Below, one piece after another: positions 30,362-40,035 of a stretch of 64,000 nucleotides of DNA. Position numbers and translations under genes: made by a program. This stretch comes from a virus: the IMG/VR virus record IMGVR_UViG_3300035703_000060, positions 1-64,000 of that record. One strand, written 5' to 3'. A model generated the notes under the pieces. It was not told the DNA's origin. It saw nothing but the letters and a program-made list of their open reading frames with translations, and did not search any database. The stretch's first letter is position 1, and each line of letters begins with the position of its first letter.

Positions 30362-31158
30362 TGCTAGGATCATATTTTTATCATCAAAATATTAGAAAAA
30401 CAATTATTGCATTTGGCAATCTTTTTAATAATATATCAATAAAACATCAAGATGGTGATGGTAATGATTATAGTGATGTGAGAGTTCCTTTAGCATATGG
30501 TCCAACTCAAAAGTTTTTAGCACGTTTAGAACAGCAAGCAGATTTAAATAAACCAGTTGCAATAACGTTGCCAAGAATGTCTTTTGAGATGAATTCTATA
30601 AAATATGATTCTTCAAGAAAGTCTGGAATTTCTCAATCCTTTAAAGCTTCTGATGGAAACAACATTAAAAAGGTTTTCATGCCAGTACCATACAATATAG
30701 GATTTGAATTGAACATAATGGCAAAATTAAATGATGATGTTCTTCAAATTATAGAACAAATTTTACCATTTTTTCAACCTGCCTTTAATGTTACTATTGA
30801 TATGGTTGATATAATTGGAGAGAAAAAAGATATTCCCATAGTTTTGGATGATATTTCTTTTAGAGATGATTATGAAGGTGATTTTTCTACTAGAAGAATT
30901 TTACTATACACTTTACAGTTTACAGCAAAAACATATCTCTTTGGACCTATATCAGATAGTACAAGTGGACTTATTCGCAAAGTTCAAGTGGATATGTATT
31001 CATCTACCGATGTTCAAACTGCAAGAAGAGAAGTAAGGTATACAGTAACACCAGATCCTATTGATGCACAACCAGATGATGATTTTGGATTTAATGAGAA
31101 TTGGGAATTCTTTGGAGACGCAAAAGTTTATAGTCCTGTTCAACAAACTGATATTTAA
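30361..31158 (+). CDS. gp15: tail sheath stabilizer / tail terminator gp15
   Basis: YFYH..IRKTIIAFG.LFN, VPLAYGP.QKFL, LPRMSFE, QIIEQILPFFQP. Confidence 0.95.
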   Translation: MLGSYFYHQNIRKTIIAFGNLFNNISIKHQDGDGNDYSDVRVPLAYGPTQKFLARLEQQADLNKPVAITLPRMSFEMNSIKYDSSRKSGISQSFKASDGNNIKKVFMPVPYNIGFELNIMAKLNDDVLQIIEQILPFFQPAFNVTIDMVDIIGEKKDIPIVLDDISFRDDYEGDFSTRRILLYTLQFTAKTYLFGPISDSTSGLIRKVQVDMYSSTDVQTARREVRYTVTPDPIDAQPDDDFGFNENWEFFGDAKVYSPVQQTDI

Positions 31159-31163
31159 ATTCC

Positions 31164-31592
31164 ATGAAATCTAAAAGTTTTGACTCCTTAGATAATGTGT
31201 TGAACACATCTAGTGAAATGCAGGTTTATGAAGAACCAAAATCCTCAGAAATAAAAACTGTTGATCAATCATCAGTTGACATAAAAAAAGATTATGAGTA
31301 TACGAGAGCCAACCTCTATTCTTTAATTGAGAAGGGTCAGGAGGCGATTGATGGAATTATGGAACTTGCTGCGGAAAGTGATCAACCAAGGGCCTATGAG
31401 GTCGCTGGACAACTTATAAAGAGCGTTGGTGATGTAACTGATAAACTTATAGATCTTCAAAAAAAATTGAAGGATATAGAAGATGAAAATATAAAAACGA
31501 CAAACAATGTTACTAATAATGCAGTGTTTGTCGGATCTACATCAGAGTTATCAAAACTACTGAAGCAAGGTTTTCTAAATAATAAAGAGTAG
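31164..31592 (+). CDS. gp16: terminase small subunit gp16
   Basis: DYEYTRANL, PRAYEVAGQLIK, FVGSTSEL. Confidence 0.95.
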   Translation: MKSKSFDSLDNVLNTSSEMQVYEEPKSSEIKTVDQSSVDIKKDYEYTRANLYSLIEKGQEAIDGIMELAAESDQPRAYEVAGQLIKSVGDVTDKLIDLQKKLKDIEDENIKTTNNVTNNAVFVGSTSELSKLLKQGFLNNKE

Positions 31593-31606
31593 TTCTTTTT
31601 GATCTG

Positions 31607-33550
31607 ATGGGTTGGTCGGAAAAATATAAAAAATCTATTGATTGCGACAATCCCAAAGGATTTTCACAAAGATCTCATTGTCAAGGTCGTAGAAAAAAAT
31701 TGAAAGAGCAATTTAAATCATTTAAGACAGTTGAACAAATTGCAAAGAAGCATCGTCTTGATGTTTCTTTCATCCAAAGGCAACTTGATATGGGTGAACC
31801 AATTGAACATGAGCATACTAAAGATCATAAATTGGCCATGGAAATTGCTCTTCAACATTTGGATGAAATTCCAGATTATTATACTCGTTTGAAAAAGATG
31901 GAAGCATCTGCAAAAAAAGAACATAAAAAGTTCAAAGATGCTCCCGTTTCTGAAGGTACATTACATCATTGGTATCAAGGTTCTCGCTCAAAGGGGGGGA
32001 AACCAGGATGGGTTCAACCAGATGGGTCACCCTGTGCCAATGAACCAGGTGAAACTAAAACTCCAAAATGTTTTAGTAGTGCAAGATTAAGATCTCTCAA
32101 GAAAAAAGGTAAAAAAGGAATTTCACTTATCAGATCCGCAGTTAGACGTAAGAGACAAAAAGATAAAGGACAACAAGCAAAATCTGGGGCGGCAGCACCA
32201 ACTAATGTTCCAACATTTGCAAAGGGTAAAAAAGATCCTAACTATGTAAAGGCAGAACCAGGAATTAAAGAAGCAATGGAACTTAACGAAGCAAGAAAAG
32301 ACAAACCTGGAAAAGGTAGTGGAACTAAAGATGCTTGCTACCATAAAGTAAAGTCACGATATGATGTTTGGCCAAGTGCATATGCATCTGGAGCACTGGT
32401 TAAATGTCGTAGAGTTGGTGCTTCAAACTGGGGAAATAAATCAGAATCTTTAAACTATGATTGGGATACTCCCATTCGTGAAAGACCAGATAGATATTGC
32501 CCCAAATGCCAAAAACTAGAACTGAGGAGTGAGTGTAAATATGGTCCGAAATATTGGGATATGTTTTCATTACCTGCAGAATTAATTAGTTCAAAAAAAG
32601 ATTTTAATACAACTATGCCACACCCCGGAAATATGCCAGAGGGATACGATCACGAGTACTCAATGGCACGTTCTGAAATCTCTACAATTATTTCAGCAGC
32701 GAAAAGACTTCGTAAAAAAATGGCAAAAGGTGAGGGAAATGTTGAAGCATGGGTACAATCAAAAATTACCAAAGCAGCAGATTATTTAGATTCTGCCGCA
32801 GATTATGTTGATAGTGGTGAAATGAAGGAGCAAGTTGCAGATACTAATGCAATGTCCGACAAAAAACCATTTGATGTCGCAGTGAAAAAAATCATGGACA
32901 GGAAGGATAAAATGACTCCTAAACAGAGAATCATTGCTCTTAAACAAGCAGGAAAATTTCAAGGAGTTGATGAGCAAATGCTTCCACCAATCAATCCCGA
33001 AAAACATAAACAATTGCAAAAAACACAAAAACTTTATAATAAAGGTGCGAGTACAGATAATCCACATGAAAAAGAAATTTTCTTAAAAAGAACTGGACCA
33101 CAATTACCTTTAGCAAAAAGAGAAACTAAAACTCAAGTTGCACATTATGAACCAGAAGGTGAAGTAATTGATGAAAAGTGTTGGCCTGGATATAAAAAGA
33201 AAGGAATGAAAACAATGTTTGGAAAAAGATATCCAAACTGTGTTAAATCGGAAGAGTTCTCTAATTGGAGAGCGGATTTTGGATTATCAGAAGATTGGCA
33301 AAAAGTTAATCGCAAAGATAAGACTGATGGATTGAGCCAAGCAGCAGTTGATGCTTATCGTCGTGAAAATCCAGGATCAAAACTTCAAACTGCGGTAACT
33401 GAAAAGAAACCAAAAGGAAAAAGAGCAAAGCGTCGTGCTAACTTCTGTCGGCGTATGAAAGGCATGAAGTCTAAACTGACTTCTGCAAAGACTGCAAGAG
33501 ATCCAGATTCAAGAATTAATAAAGCACTCCGTCGTTGGAACTGTAACTAA
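31607..33550 (+). CDS. modular basic multi-domain protein, possible internal head polyprotein
   Basis: 647 aa, K/R-rich, a string of short modules; late-like TCTAAATA at 31574-31581. Confidence 0.7.
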   Translation: MGWSEKYKKSIDCDNPKGFSQRSHCQGRRKKLKEQFKSFKTVEQIAKKHRLDVSFIQRQLDMGEPIEHEHTKDHKLAMEIALQHLDEIPDYYTRLKKMEASAKKEHKKFKDAPVSEGTLHHWYQGSRSKGGKPGWVQPDGSPCANEPGETKTPKCFSSARLRSLKKKGKKGISLIRSAVRRKRQKDKGQQAKSGAAAPTNVPTFAKGKKDPNYVKAEPGIKEAMELNEARKDKPGKGSGTKDACYHKVKSRYDVWPSAYASGALVKCRRVGASNWGNKSESLNYDWDTPIRERPDRYCPKCQKLELRSECKYGPKYWDMFSLPAELISSKKDFNTTMPHPGNMPEGYDHEYSMARSEISTIISAAKRLRKKMAKGEGNVEAWVQSKITKAADYLDSAADYVDSGEMKEQVADTNAMSDKKPFDVAVKKIMDRKDKMTPKQRIIALKQAGKFQGVDEQMLPPINPEKHKQLQKTQKLYNKGASTDNPHEKEIFLKRTGPQLPLAKRETKTQVAHYEPEGEVIDEKCWPGYKKKGMKTMFGKRYPNCVKSEEFSNWRADFGLSEDWQKVNRKDKTDGLSQAAVDAYRRENPGSKLQTAVTEKKPKGKRAKRRANFCRRMKGMKSKLTSAKTARDPDSRINKALRRWNCN

Positions 33551-33551
33551 G

Positions 33552-33866
33552 ATGAAATCTTTTCAACAATTTCTATCAGAAAGTATCAATATTGCTGGAG
33601 ATTTTAATGGAAATCTCTATATGAATTCTGGATCTCAACCAGAACAAGCAACAGAATCTTTCCTTGCTGATGTAGTTTGGCAAGGTAAATTATATCGTAT
33701 GGAAGTAGAGGGTTCTATGATAGATAAGAATTCTCTTACGGAACAACTTCAAGGAGAATATCCTGGAGCAATTGTTCATAATGTTTATCCAGTACAATCT
33801 CAAAGTTCTTTAAGAATTAAAAATACACAAAGATATCAACCAGAAAGACTCACTTGGACTGATTAA
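33552..33866 (+). CDS. hypothetical protein with capsid-targeting-like N-terminus
   Basis: Begins MKSFQQFLSE. Confidence 0.7.
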   Translation: MKSFQQFLSESINIAGDFNGNLYMNSGSQPEQATESFLADVVWQGKLYRMEVEGSMIDKNSLTEQLQGEYPGAIVHNVYPVQSQSSLRIKNTQRYQPERLTWTD

Positions 33867-33868
33867 TT

Positions 33869-35455
33869 ATGGCACAATGGAACAAGTCTACACAAGATTA
33901 TCTAAATCAAGAAAGAACACTTCACGAAGTTTATCTTCGTGCTGATGAGTATGGAAATATTCTAAATGAAAGTGCTTGTGCAAAATCTGCTTTTGGTGAG
34001 AATATTGCTATTCAATTAACACCAAAAGTTCAGGGTGATGCTGTCTATGGACTAGATCCGAGAGAGTTTGAGAGATTTACTTTTAGTTCTAGTGGAATTG
34101 CTACAAATGGTAATTCTAGATTTAGAGTTGGTGCTGGAACAGATGCTAATTCTTATGGTGTTATTAGAAGTACAAACTTTTTAAGATATCGTCCTGGACA
34201 AGGCGCGGTATGTAGATTTACTGCGGCATATTCTTCCAACCCAGTAGGATTTACTCAAAGAGCAGGTTTATTCAATCAAGAACAAGCAATTCAAATTGGA
34301 TATGCCTCCACCAATGGAAAGTTTGGTGTTCTTCGTGCGAATGGTGGTAAAGCACATATTCAAATTTTTACTTTCAGTGCGTTAGCAGACGGAAATGTAA
34401 CAGTTACTCTTAATGGAACTGTTTTTACTGCGGTAACTTTAAATGCAGGGTCTGTTGCCGGAAATATTGCTCTGCTTGTACAAGGATTAGTAAGTCAATC
34501 AGCATTTACTGCTCGTTATGTGGCTGAATATGATGAAACCAGAATAAAGTTTTTAGCAACATCTCTTGGTCCACAAAATGGGACATTTAATGCAACTAGC
34601 ACCACAACAATAACGTTTACAAACACAACAAGTCAAAGTGGCGTAGCACAAACAGAGTATTGGACATTCCAAGAAGATTTTAATTTAGATAAACTTGATG
34701 GCACTGGATACTCTGGTGTTACTTTGAATCCATCAAAACTAAATGTATATCAAATTAACTTCCGTTGGTTGGGTGCCGGTGAAATTCGTTATGCAATTGA
34801 AAATCCTCATAATGGAGATATGATGTTCTTCCATCACGAACATTATACAAATAAATATGAGTTTCCACATCTAGATAATCCATCATTGAAGATTGGATAC
34901 GTAGCAGCAAACTTGGGATCTCCTACAAGTGGTGTTGTAACTTGTACTGGTTCTTCATTCCTTGGAGCTGTTGAAGGAATTGTTGAAAGGACAAGACTTC
35001 CTTATTCTATAACTGCGACCAGAACTGACTCAATGAATACTCCTGGTTCTTTATATCATCTTGTTTCTCTCAAAAATAAACTTGTTTATCAGAATAAAAT
35101 CAATACAAGAGATCTTATTGTTTCAAGACTTACTGGATCAGTAAATACTACCGGTAGTCCCGCAGTCATTTACTTATATTGGAATCCAACAATTACAAAC
35201 TATCTAAGATGGACAACTCAGAGTGATTTTAACGCATCTCTTTATGCAACCCAAGATAGTACAGGATTGTTTATATTAGGAGCACAATCAATACCACCTA
35301 TTGCCGCTTTTCATGTTTCTAATGGAGACACTATTGATGTTAATTTAATTGATATGGGCATTCATATTCCACCAAATAGTTTCTTAACCGCAGTAATTTC
35401 ATCCACAAGCAATATGACTGCTGCCAATGCTTCGTTCGTTTATGTTGAAGATTAA
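33869..35455 (+). CDS. putative virion structural protein
   Basis: 528 aa, rich in G/S/T beta-strand sequence; RYRPGQG and FRWLGAGEIR motifs; lies in the late gene cluster. Confidence 0.6.
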   Translation: MAQWNKSTQDYLNQERTLHEVYLRADEYGNILNESACAKSAFGENIAIQLTPKVQGDAVYGLDPREFERFTFSSSGIATNGNSRFRVGAGTDANSYGVIRSTNFLRYRPGQGAVCRFTAAYSSNPVGFTQRAGLFNQEQAIQIGYASTNGKFGVLRANGGKAHIQIFTFSALADGNVTVTLNGTVFTAVTLNAGSVAGNIALLVQGLVSQSAFTARYVAEYDETRIKFLATSLGPQNGTFNATSTTTITFTNTTSQSGVAQTEYWTFQEDFNLDKLDGTGYSGVTLNPSKLNVYQINFRWLGAGEIRYAIENPHNGDMMFFHHEHYTNKYEFPHLDNPSLKIGYVAANLGSPTSGVVTCTGSSFLGAVEGIVERTRLPYSITATRTDSMNTPGSLYHLVSLKNKLVYQNKINTRDLIVSRLTGSVNTTGSPAVIYLYWNPTITNYLRWTTQSDFNASLYATQDSTGLFILGAQSIPPIAAFHVSNGDTIDVNLIDMGIHIPPNSFLTAVISSTSNMTAANASFVYVED

Positions 35456-35457
35456 TT

Positions 35458-37179
35458 ATGAGCATTCAAGACATTCAACTAAAGCAAAGTGATGCTTATC
35501 TTTCTAACCCAAATTTAAAGAGAGCAAATACACAGATACAGTGGACTAAAGAGCAAATACTTGAGTTTTATGCTTGTAAAGAAGATCCAGTTTACTTTGC
35601 AAAAAATTATATTAAAATTGTTTCTTTGGATCATGGACTTGTTCCATTTGAAATGTATCCTTTCCAGGAAAGACTTGTAAATAATTTCCATAAGAACAGA
35701 TTTAATATCTGCAAGATGCCCAGACAAACTGGGAAAAGTACTACTGTAGTATCGTATCTTTTACATTATGCAGTATTTAATGATAATGTAAACATTGCAA
35801 TTCTGGCAAACAAAGCCTCAACGGCAAGAGATCTTCTTCAAAGATTGCAACTTGCTTATGAAAATTTGCCAAAGTGGATGCAACAAGGTATTCTGTCATG
35901 GAACAGAGGATCATTAGAATTAGAAAATGGATCTAAAATTATCGCCGCATCTACTTCTGCATCTGCTGTTCGTGGCGGATCGTACAATATCATCTTTTTG
36001 GACGAGTTCGCGTTCATCCCGAATCACATTGCTGATGACTTCTTTGCCTCTGTTTATCCTACTATCTCGTCAGGTCAAAGTACAAAAGTCATTATAGTTT
36101 CCACCCCTCGCGGTATGAATCATTTCTACCGCATGTGGCATGATTCTGAGAAAGGTAAGAATGAATATCTTCCTACTGATGTTCACTGGTCTGAAGTTCC
36201 TGGAAGAGATGAAAAATGGAAAGAGCAGACGATTGCAAACACTTCAGAACAACAGTTCAAAACAGAGTTTGAGTGTGAGTTTTTAGGATCGGTCAATACC
36301 CTAATTAACCCATCAAAACTAAGGAATCTTGTATACGAAGACCCTATAAAAAGAAACGCAGGTCTTGATGTTTATGAACATTCAAAAAAAGACAATAATT
36401 ATTTAATAACAGTAGACGTTGCTCGTGGAATAGGGAATGACTATTCTGCATTCGTTGTTTTTGATATCACTAATTTTCCATATAAAACGGTAGCAAAATA
36501 CAGAAATAACGAAATTAAACCAATGTTATTTCCAAGCATTATTAATGAAGTAGCAAAGGGGTATAACAATGCTTGGATTTTAATCGAAGTTAATGATATT
36601 GGAGATCAAGTATCAAATATTCTTCATTTTGATCTTGAATATGATAATATTTTAATGTGCTCTATGAGAGGTCGTGCAGGACAAATAGTTGGTTCTGGTT
36701 TTAGTGGAAAGAAATCTCAACTTGGTGTCCGCATGACAGCATCTGTTAAAAAGTTGGGTTGTTCTAACTTAAAGACTTTATTAGAAGATGATAAATTACT
36801 AATCAATGATTATGAAATGATTAGTGAACTTACAACATTTACTCAACGTCATAACTCCTTTGAGGCAGAAGAAGGATGCAATGATGATTTGGCAATGTGT
36901 TTAGTCATATTCTCATGGTTAGTTGCTCAAGATTATTTTAAAGAGATGACGGACAATGATGTTCGTAAAAGGATATATGAAGAACAAAAAAATCAAATAG
37001 AACAAGATATGTCACCATTTGGATTTATTTCGGATGGTTTAGAAGAATTTGAACCTATTGTTGACAAGGAAAATAATGATAGGTGGATATGGGTAGGGTC
37101 CGATAAAAGTAATCAAGCAATGGAAGTATGGAATATCGACGAATATGGTGACAGATCTTACATGTGGGATTATAGGTAG
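35458..37179 (+). CDS. gp17: terminase large subunit gp17
   Basis: PRQTGKST Walker A, IIFLDEFAF Walker B, VDVARG..DYS, NDDLAM. Confidence 0.97.
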   Translation: MSIQDIQLKQSDAYLSNPNLKRANTQIQWTKEQILEFYACKEDPVYFAKNYIKIVSLDHGLVPFEMYPFQERLVNNFHKNRFNICKMPRQTGKSTTVVSYLLHYAVFNDNVNIAILANKASTARDLLQRLQLAYENLPKWMQQGILSWNRGSLELENGSKIIAASTSASAVRGGSYNIIFLDEFAFIPNHIADDFFASVYPTISSGQSTKVIIVSTPRGMNHFYRMWHDSEKGKNEYLPTDVHWSEVPGRDEKWKEQTIANTSEQQFKTEFECEFLGSVNTLINPSKLRNLVYEDPIKRNAGLDVYEHSKKDNNYLITVDVARGIGNDYSAFVVFDITNFPYKTVAKYRNNEIKPMLFPSIINEVAKGYNNAWILIEVNDIGDQVSNILHFDLEYDNILMCSMRGRAGQIVGSGFSGKKSQLGVRMTASVKKLGCSNLKTLLEDDKLLINDYEMISELTTFTQRHNSFEAEEGCNDDLAMCLVIFSWLVAQDYFKEMTDNDVRKRIYEEQKNQIEQDMSPFGFISDGLEEFEPIVDKENNDRWIWVGSDKSNQAMEVWNIDEYGDRSYMWDYR

Positions 37180-37198
37180 TTCTTAAAGGGGAGGAAAT

Positions 37199-37206
37199 TA
37201 TAAATA
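37199..37206 (+). promoter_or_regulatory. T4-type late promoter
   Basis: Exact TATAAATA upstream of gp18. Confidence 0.8.
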
Positions 37207-37241
37207 TTTTTAGATAATTCTGGACATGTCGGAGAGAAAAG

Positions 37242-39392
37242 ATGCCACTAAATTTAGCATCTCCTGGAATTTTAATAAGAGAGGTTGATTTAACTGTTGG
37301 AAGAATAGATCCAGTATCAGCTTCTGTGGGTGCAATTTCTGCACCATTTGCAAAGGGGCCTGTAGATGAACCAACTTTAGTTGAATCTGAAAATGATTTA
37401 TTGAATACTTTTGGAAAACCATATTCAGTAGATAAGCATTATGAGCACTGGATGGTTGCATCATCCTATCTAGCATATGGTGGAACTTTGCAAGTCGTCA
37501 GAACAGATAGTTCTGACTTAAGAAATGCAGGATATGGGTCAACAATAAAAGTAAAAAGTTTACAACACTATACTGAACTTGGATATTTAGATAATCCAAT
37601 TTCAGGCGTAACTGTCCTTGCACAAAATCCCGGTTCTTGGGCAAATGGGATTAAGGTTTCAATTATTGATGCTCAGGCAGATCAAATTTTAACTGGATTT
37701 ACAACAACTGGAGTTTTAGTTGGGTATGGTGTAACACAAGCAATTGCAAGTACTTTACCTGGTGCTGGAACAACTTCAGTCTTAGATGGCTACCTGAAAG
37801 GGGTTATTACTGGAGTTGGTGCTGGTCGTATCAATGTTAAAGTCATTAGTCATGTATCTGCTGCTGGAACTGAAACTAAAGTCGATTATCAACCTTTAGG
37901 TGTATATAATTTTGCGGACAACGGTACAGTTGGAGTTCATACAACTGCAGTTGGAACAGCATTTACATCTAGATCATATTCTGTTGAATTAGATTGGTTT
38001 GATCAGCAAAAAATTACTCTTGCATCAGGAACACAAATTTCTTGGAACTCTCTTACACCAAGACCAAGCACTTCCGAATTTGCTGCAGAAAGAAATTCCA
38101 GATTTGATGAATTACACATTGTAGTTATTGATGATGAAGGTAAAATTACTGGTAACTCTGGAACAATTTTAGAAAAGCATGTTGGTCTTTCGAAAGCAAA
38201 AGATGCACTTTATTCTTCTGGAAGTCCTTCTTATTGGAGAAAGTATTTAACAACCGGTTCGCAATATATTTTTGCGGGTTCTGCTCCTACTGGTATTGTA
38301 ACTACTGGATTCAGTGAAGGTTTTGAACTTTCATCCGATACTGGTTGGGATCAAGAAGCACAAGATATTATTTTTGCTGGTGCAGCTGCTTTAGATTTAC
38401 CATTAAGTGGTGGAAAGAATTATGATGGAAACACCACTATAGATGTTGCAGGATCTCTTTCAGCAACACTTGGCGAAATAATTAGTGGTTACGATGCATT
38501 TATCAATGAAGAGGAAACTGATATTGATTTCCTTCTCATGGGTTCCGCTGGTTATAATAAATCAGATACTCAAGCATTAGCAAATAAACTAATTGCTGTT
38601 GCAGAATCCAGAAAAGATGCAATCGCATTTATTTCTCCCTACAGAGGTGCAGCAATTACTGACACCTCATCACAAACTGCAGAAACAATTAGAAACATTG
38701 ATACTATCACTGAAAATGTTGTAAGTTTCTATGCACCTATCACATCATCAACTTATGCCGTTTTTGACAGTGGTTATAAGTATATGTACGATAGATTTAA
38801 CAATACTTTCAGATATGTTCCTCTAAATGGAGACATTGCTGGAACATGTGCAAGAAATGATATTAACAACTTCCCATGGTATTCTCCAGCAGGAACCACT
38901 AGAGGTGCAATTTTAAATGCTGTCAAACTTGCATATAATCCAGGAAGAATTCAAAGAGATCGTCTTTATACAAATAGAATTAATCCAGTAATTTTATCTC
39001 CTGGAGATGGCATAATTCTTTTTGGTGATAAAACTGGATATGGTAAGGCATCTGCTTTTGATAGGATTAATGTTCGTAGATTATTTGTTTACCTTGAGAA
39101 TGCAATTTCTGCTGCAGCAAAAGATCAACTCTTCGAATTTAATGATGAACTAACTAGAACGAACTTTGTTAACATTGTTGAACCATTCTTGAGAGATGTA
39201 CAATCTAAGAGAGGTATATATGATTATGTTGTAGTCTGCGATGAAACAAACAATACTCCTGCAATTATTGATGCTAACGAGTTTGTTGCAGACATTTACA
39301 TTAAACCAGCGAAATCGATCAATTTCATTGGTCTGACCTTCATTGCCACCAGAACTGGTGTTGCTTTTGAAGAAGTAATCGGCAATTTCTAA
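37242..39392 (+). CDS. gp18: tail sheath protein gp18
   Basis: SPGILIREVDLT, PWYSPAG..RG, FDRINVRRLF, IYIKPAKSINFI. Confidence 0.97.
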   Translation: MPLNLASPGILIREVDLTVGRIDPVSASVGAISAPFAKGPVDEPTLVESENDLLNTFGKPYSVDKHYEHWMVASSYLAYGGTLQVVRTDSSDLRNAGYGSTIKVKSLQHYTELGYLDNPISGVTVLAQNPGSWANGIKVSIIDAQADQILTGFTTTGVLVGYGVTQAIASTLPGAGTTSVLDGYLKGVITGVGAGRINVKVISHVSAAGTETKVDYQPLGVYNFADNGTVGVHTTAVGTAFTSRSYSVELDWFDQQKITLASGTQISWNSLTPRPSTSEFAAERNSRFDELHIVVIDDEGKITGNSGTILEKHVGLSKAKDALYSSGSPSYWRKYLTTGSQYIFAGSAPTGIVTTGFSEGFELSSDTGWDQEAQDIIFAGAAALDLPLSGGKNYDGNTTIDVAGSLSATLGEIISGYDAFINEEETDIDFLLMGSAGYNKSDTQALANKLIAVAESRKDAIAFISPYRGAAITDTSSQTAETIRNIDTITENVVSFYAPITSSTYAVFDSGYKYMYDRFNNTFRYVPLNGDIAGTCARNDINNFPWYSPAGTTRGAILNAVKLAYNPGRIQRDRLYTNRINPVILSPGDGIILFGDKTGYGKASAFDRINVRRLFVYLENAISAAAKDQLFEFNDELTRTNFVNIVEPFLRDVQSKRGIYDYVVVCDETNNTPAIIDANEFVADIYIKPAKSINFIGLTFIATRTGVAFEEVIGNF

Positions 39393-39409
39393 TTTAGAGG
39401 TTAAATCAA

Positions 39410-40000
39410 ATGGCAACTAGAACACAGTTTAATCCACCTCCTCTTAGAAAAATTACTGACTTCAAAAGTCAGTTAACTGGAGGTGGTGCAAGAAGTAACC
39501 TTTTTGAAGTGGTTATTTCATTCCCAGACATTGCAAAAGTTAGTAATGCAATTTTGGAAAAATCCAGATTCATGATTAAAGCTGCTAACTTACCAGCTTC
39601 TCAAGTCGCAATGATCGATGTACCTTTTAGAGGTCGTACTTTAAAAGTTGCTGGCGACAGATCTTTTGAAAGTTGGACTATTACAGTAGTTAACGATACT
39701 GACTTTGGTATCCGTTCAGCATTTGAAAATTGGGTTAATAAAATTAACAGAGTTTCTGATGGTACTGGTTCAACTGATCCTGCATCTTACACAGCAGATG
39801 CCTTCATTTATCAATTAGATCGTGATGGAAAAACTTTAAGAGCATATCATTTCTATGATTTGTTCCCAACATCAGTTGCTGCGATTCCTGTTTCCGCAGA
39901 CAATTCAAATATTCAGGAATTTACAGTAGAACTTCAAGTTCTTTACTGGGAAGCACTTAAGGGCAATTCTCCAATTTCTGGTGGTACTGACATCAACTGA
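39410..40000 (+). CDS. gp19: tail tube protein gp19
   Basis: GGARSNLFEV, VPFRGR.LKVAGDRSFESWT. Confidence 0.96.
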   Translation: MATRTQFNPPPLRKITDFKSQLTGGGARSNLFEVVISFPDIAKVSNAILEKSRFMIKAANLPASQVAMIDVPFRGRTLKVAGDRSFESWTITVVNDTDFGIRSAFENWVNKINRVSDGTGSTDPASYTADAFIYQLDRDGKTLRAYHFYDLFPTSVAAIPVSADNSNIQEFTVELQVLYWEALKGNSPISGGTDIN

Positions 40001-40035
40001 TAAATAATACATAATAAGCAGTTAAAGTTTATAAG

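Noticed and set aside
35458-37179. Intein or intron in the terminase large subunit
   Set aside because: Length and motif spacing are normal, with no splice motifs.
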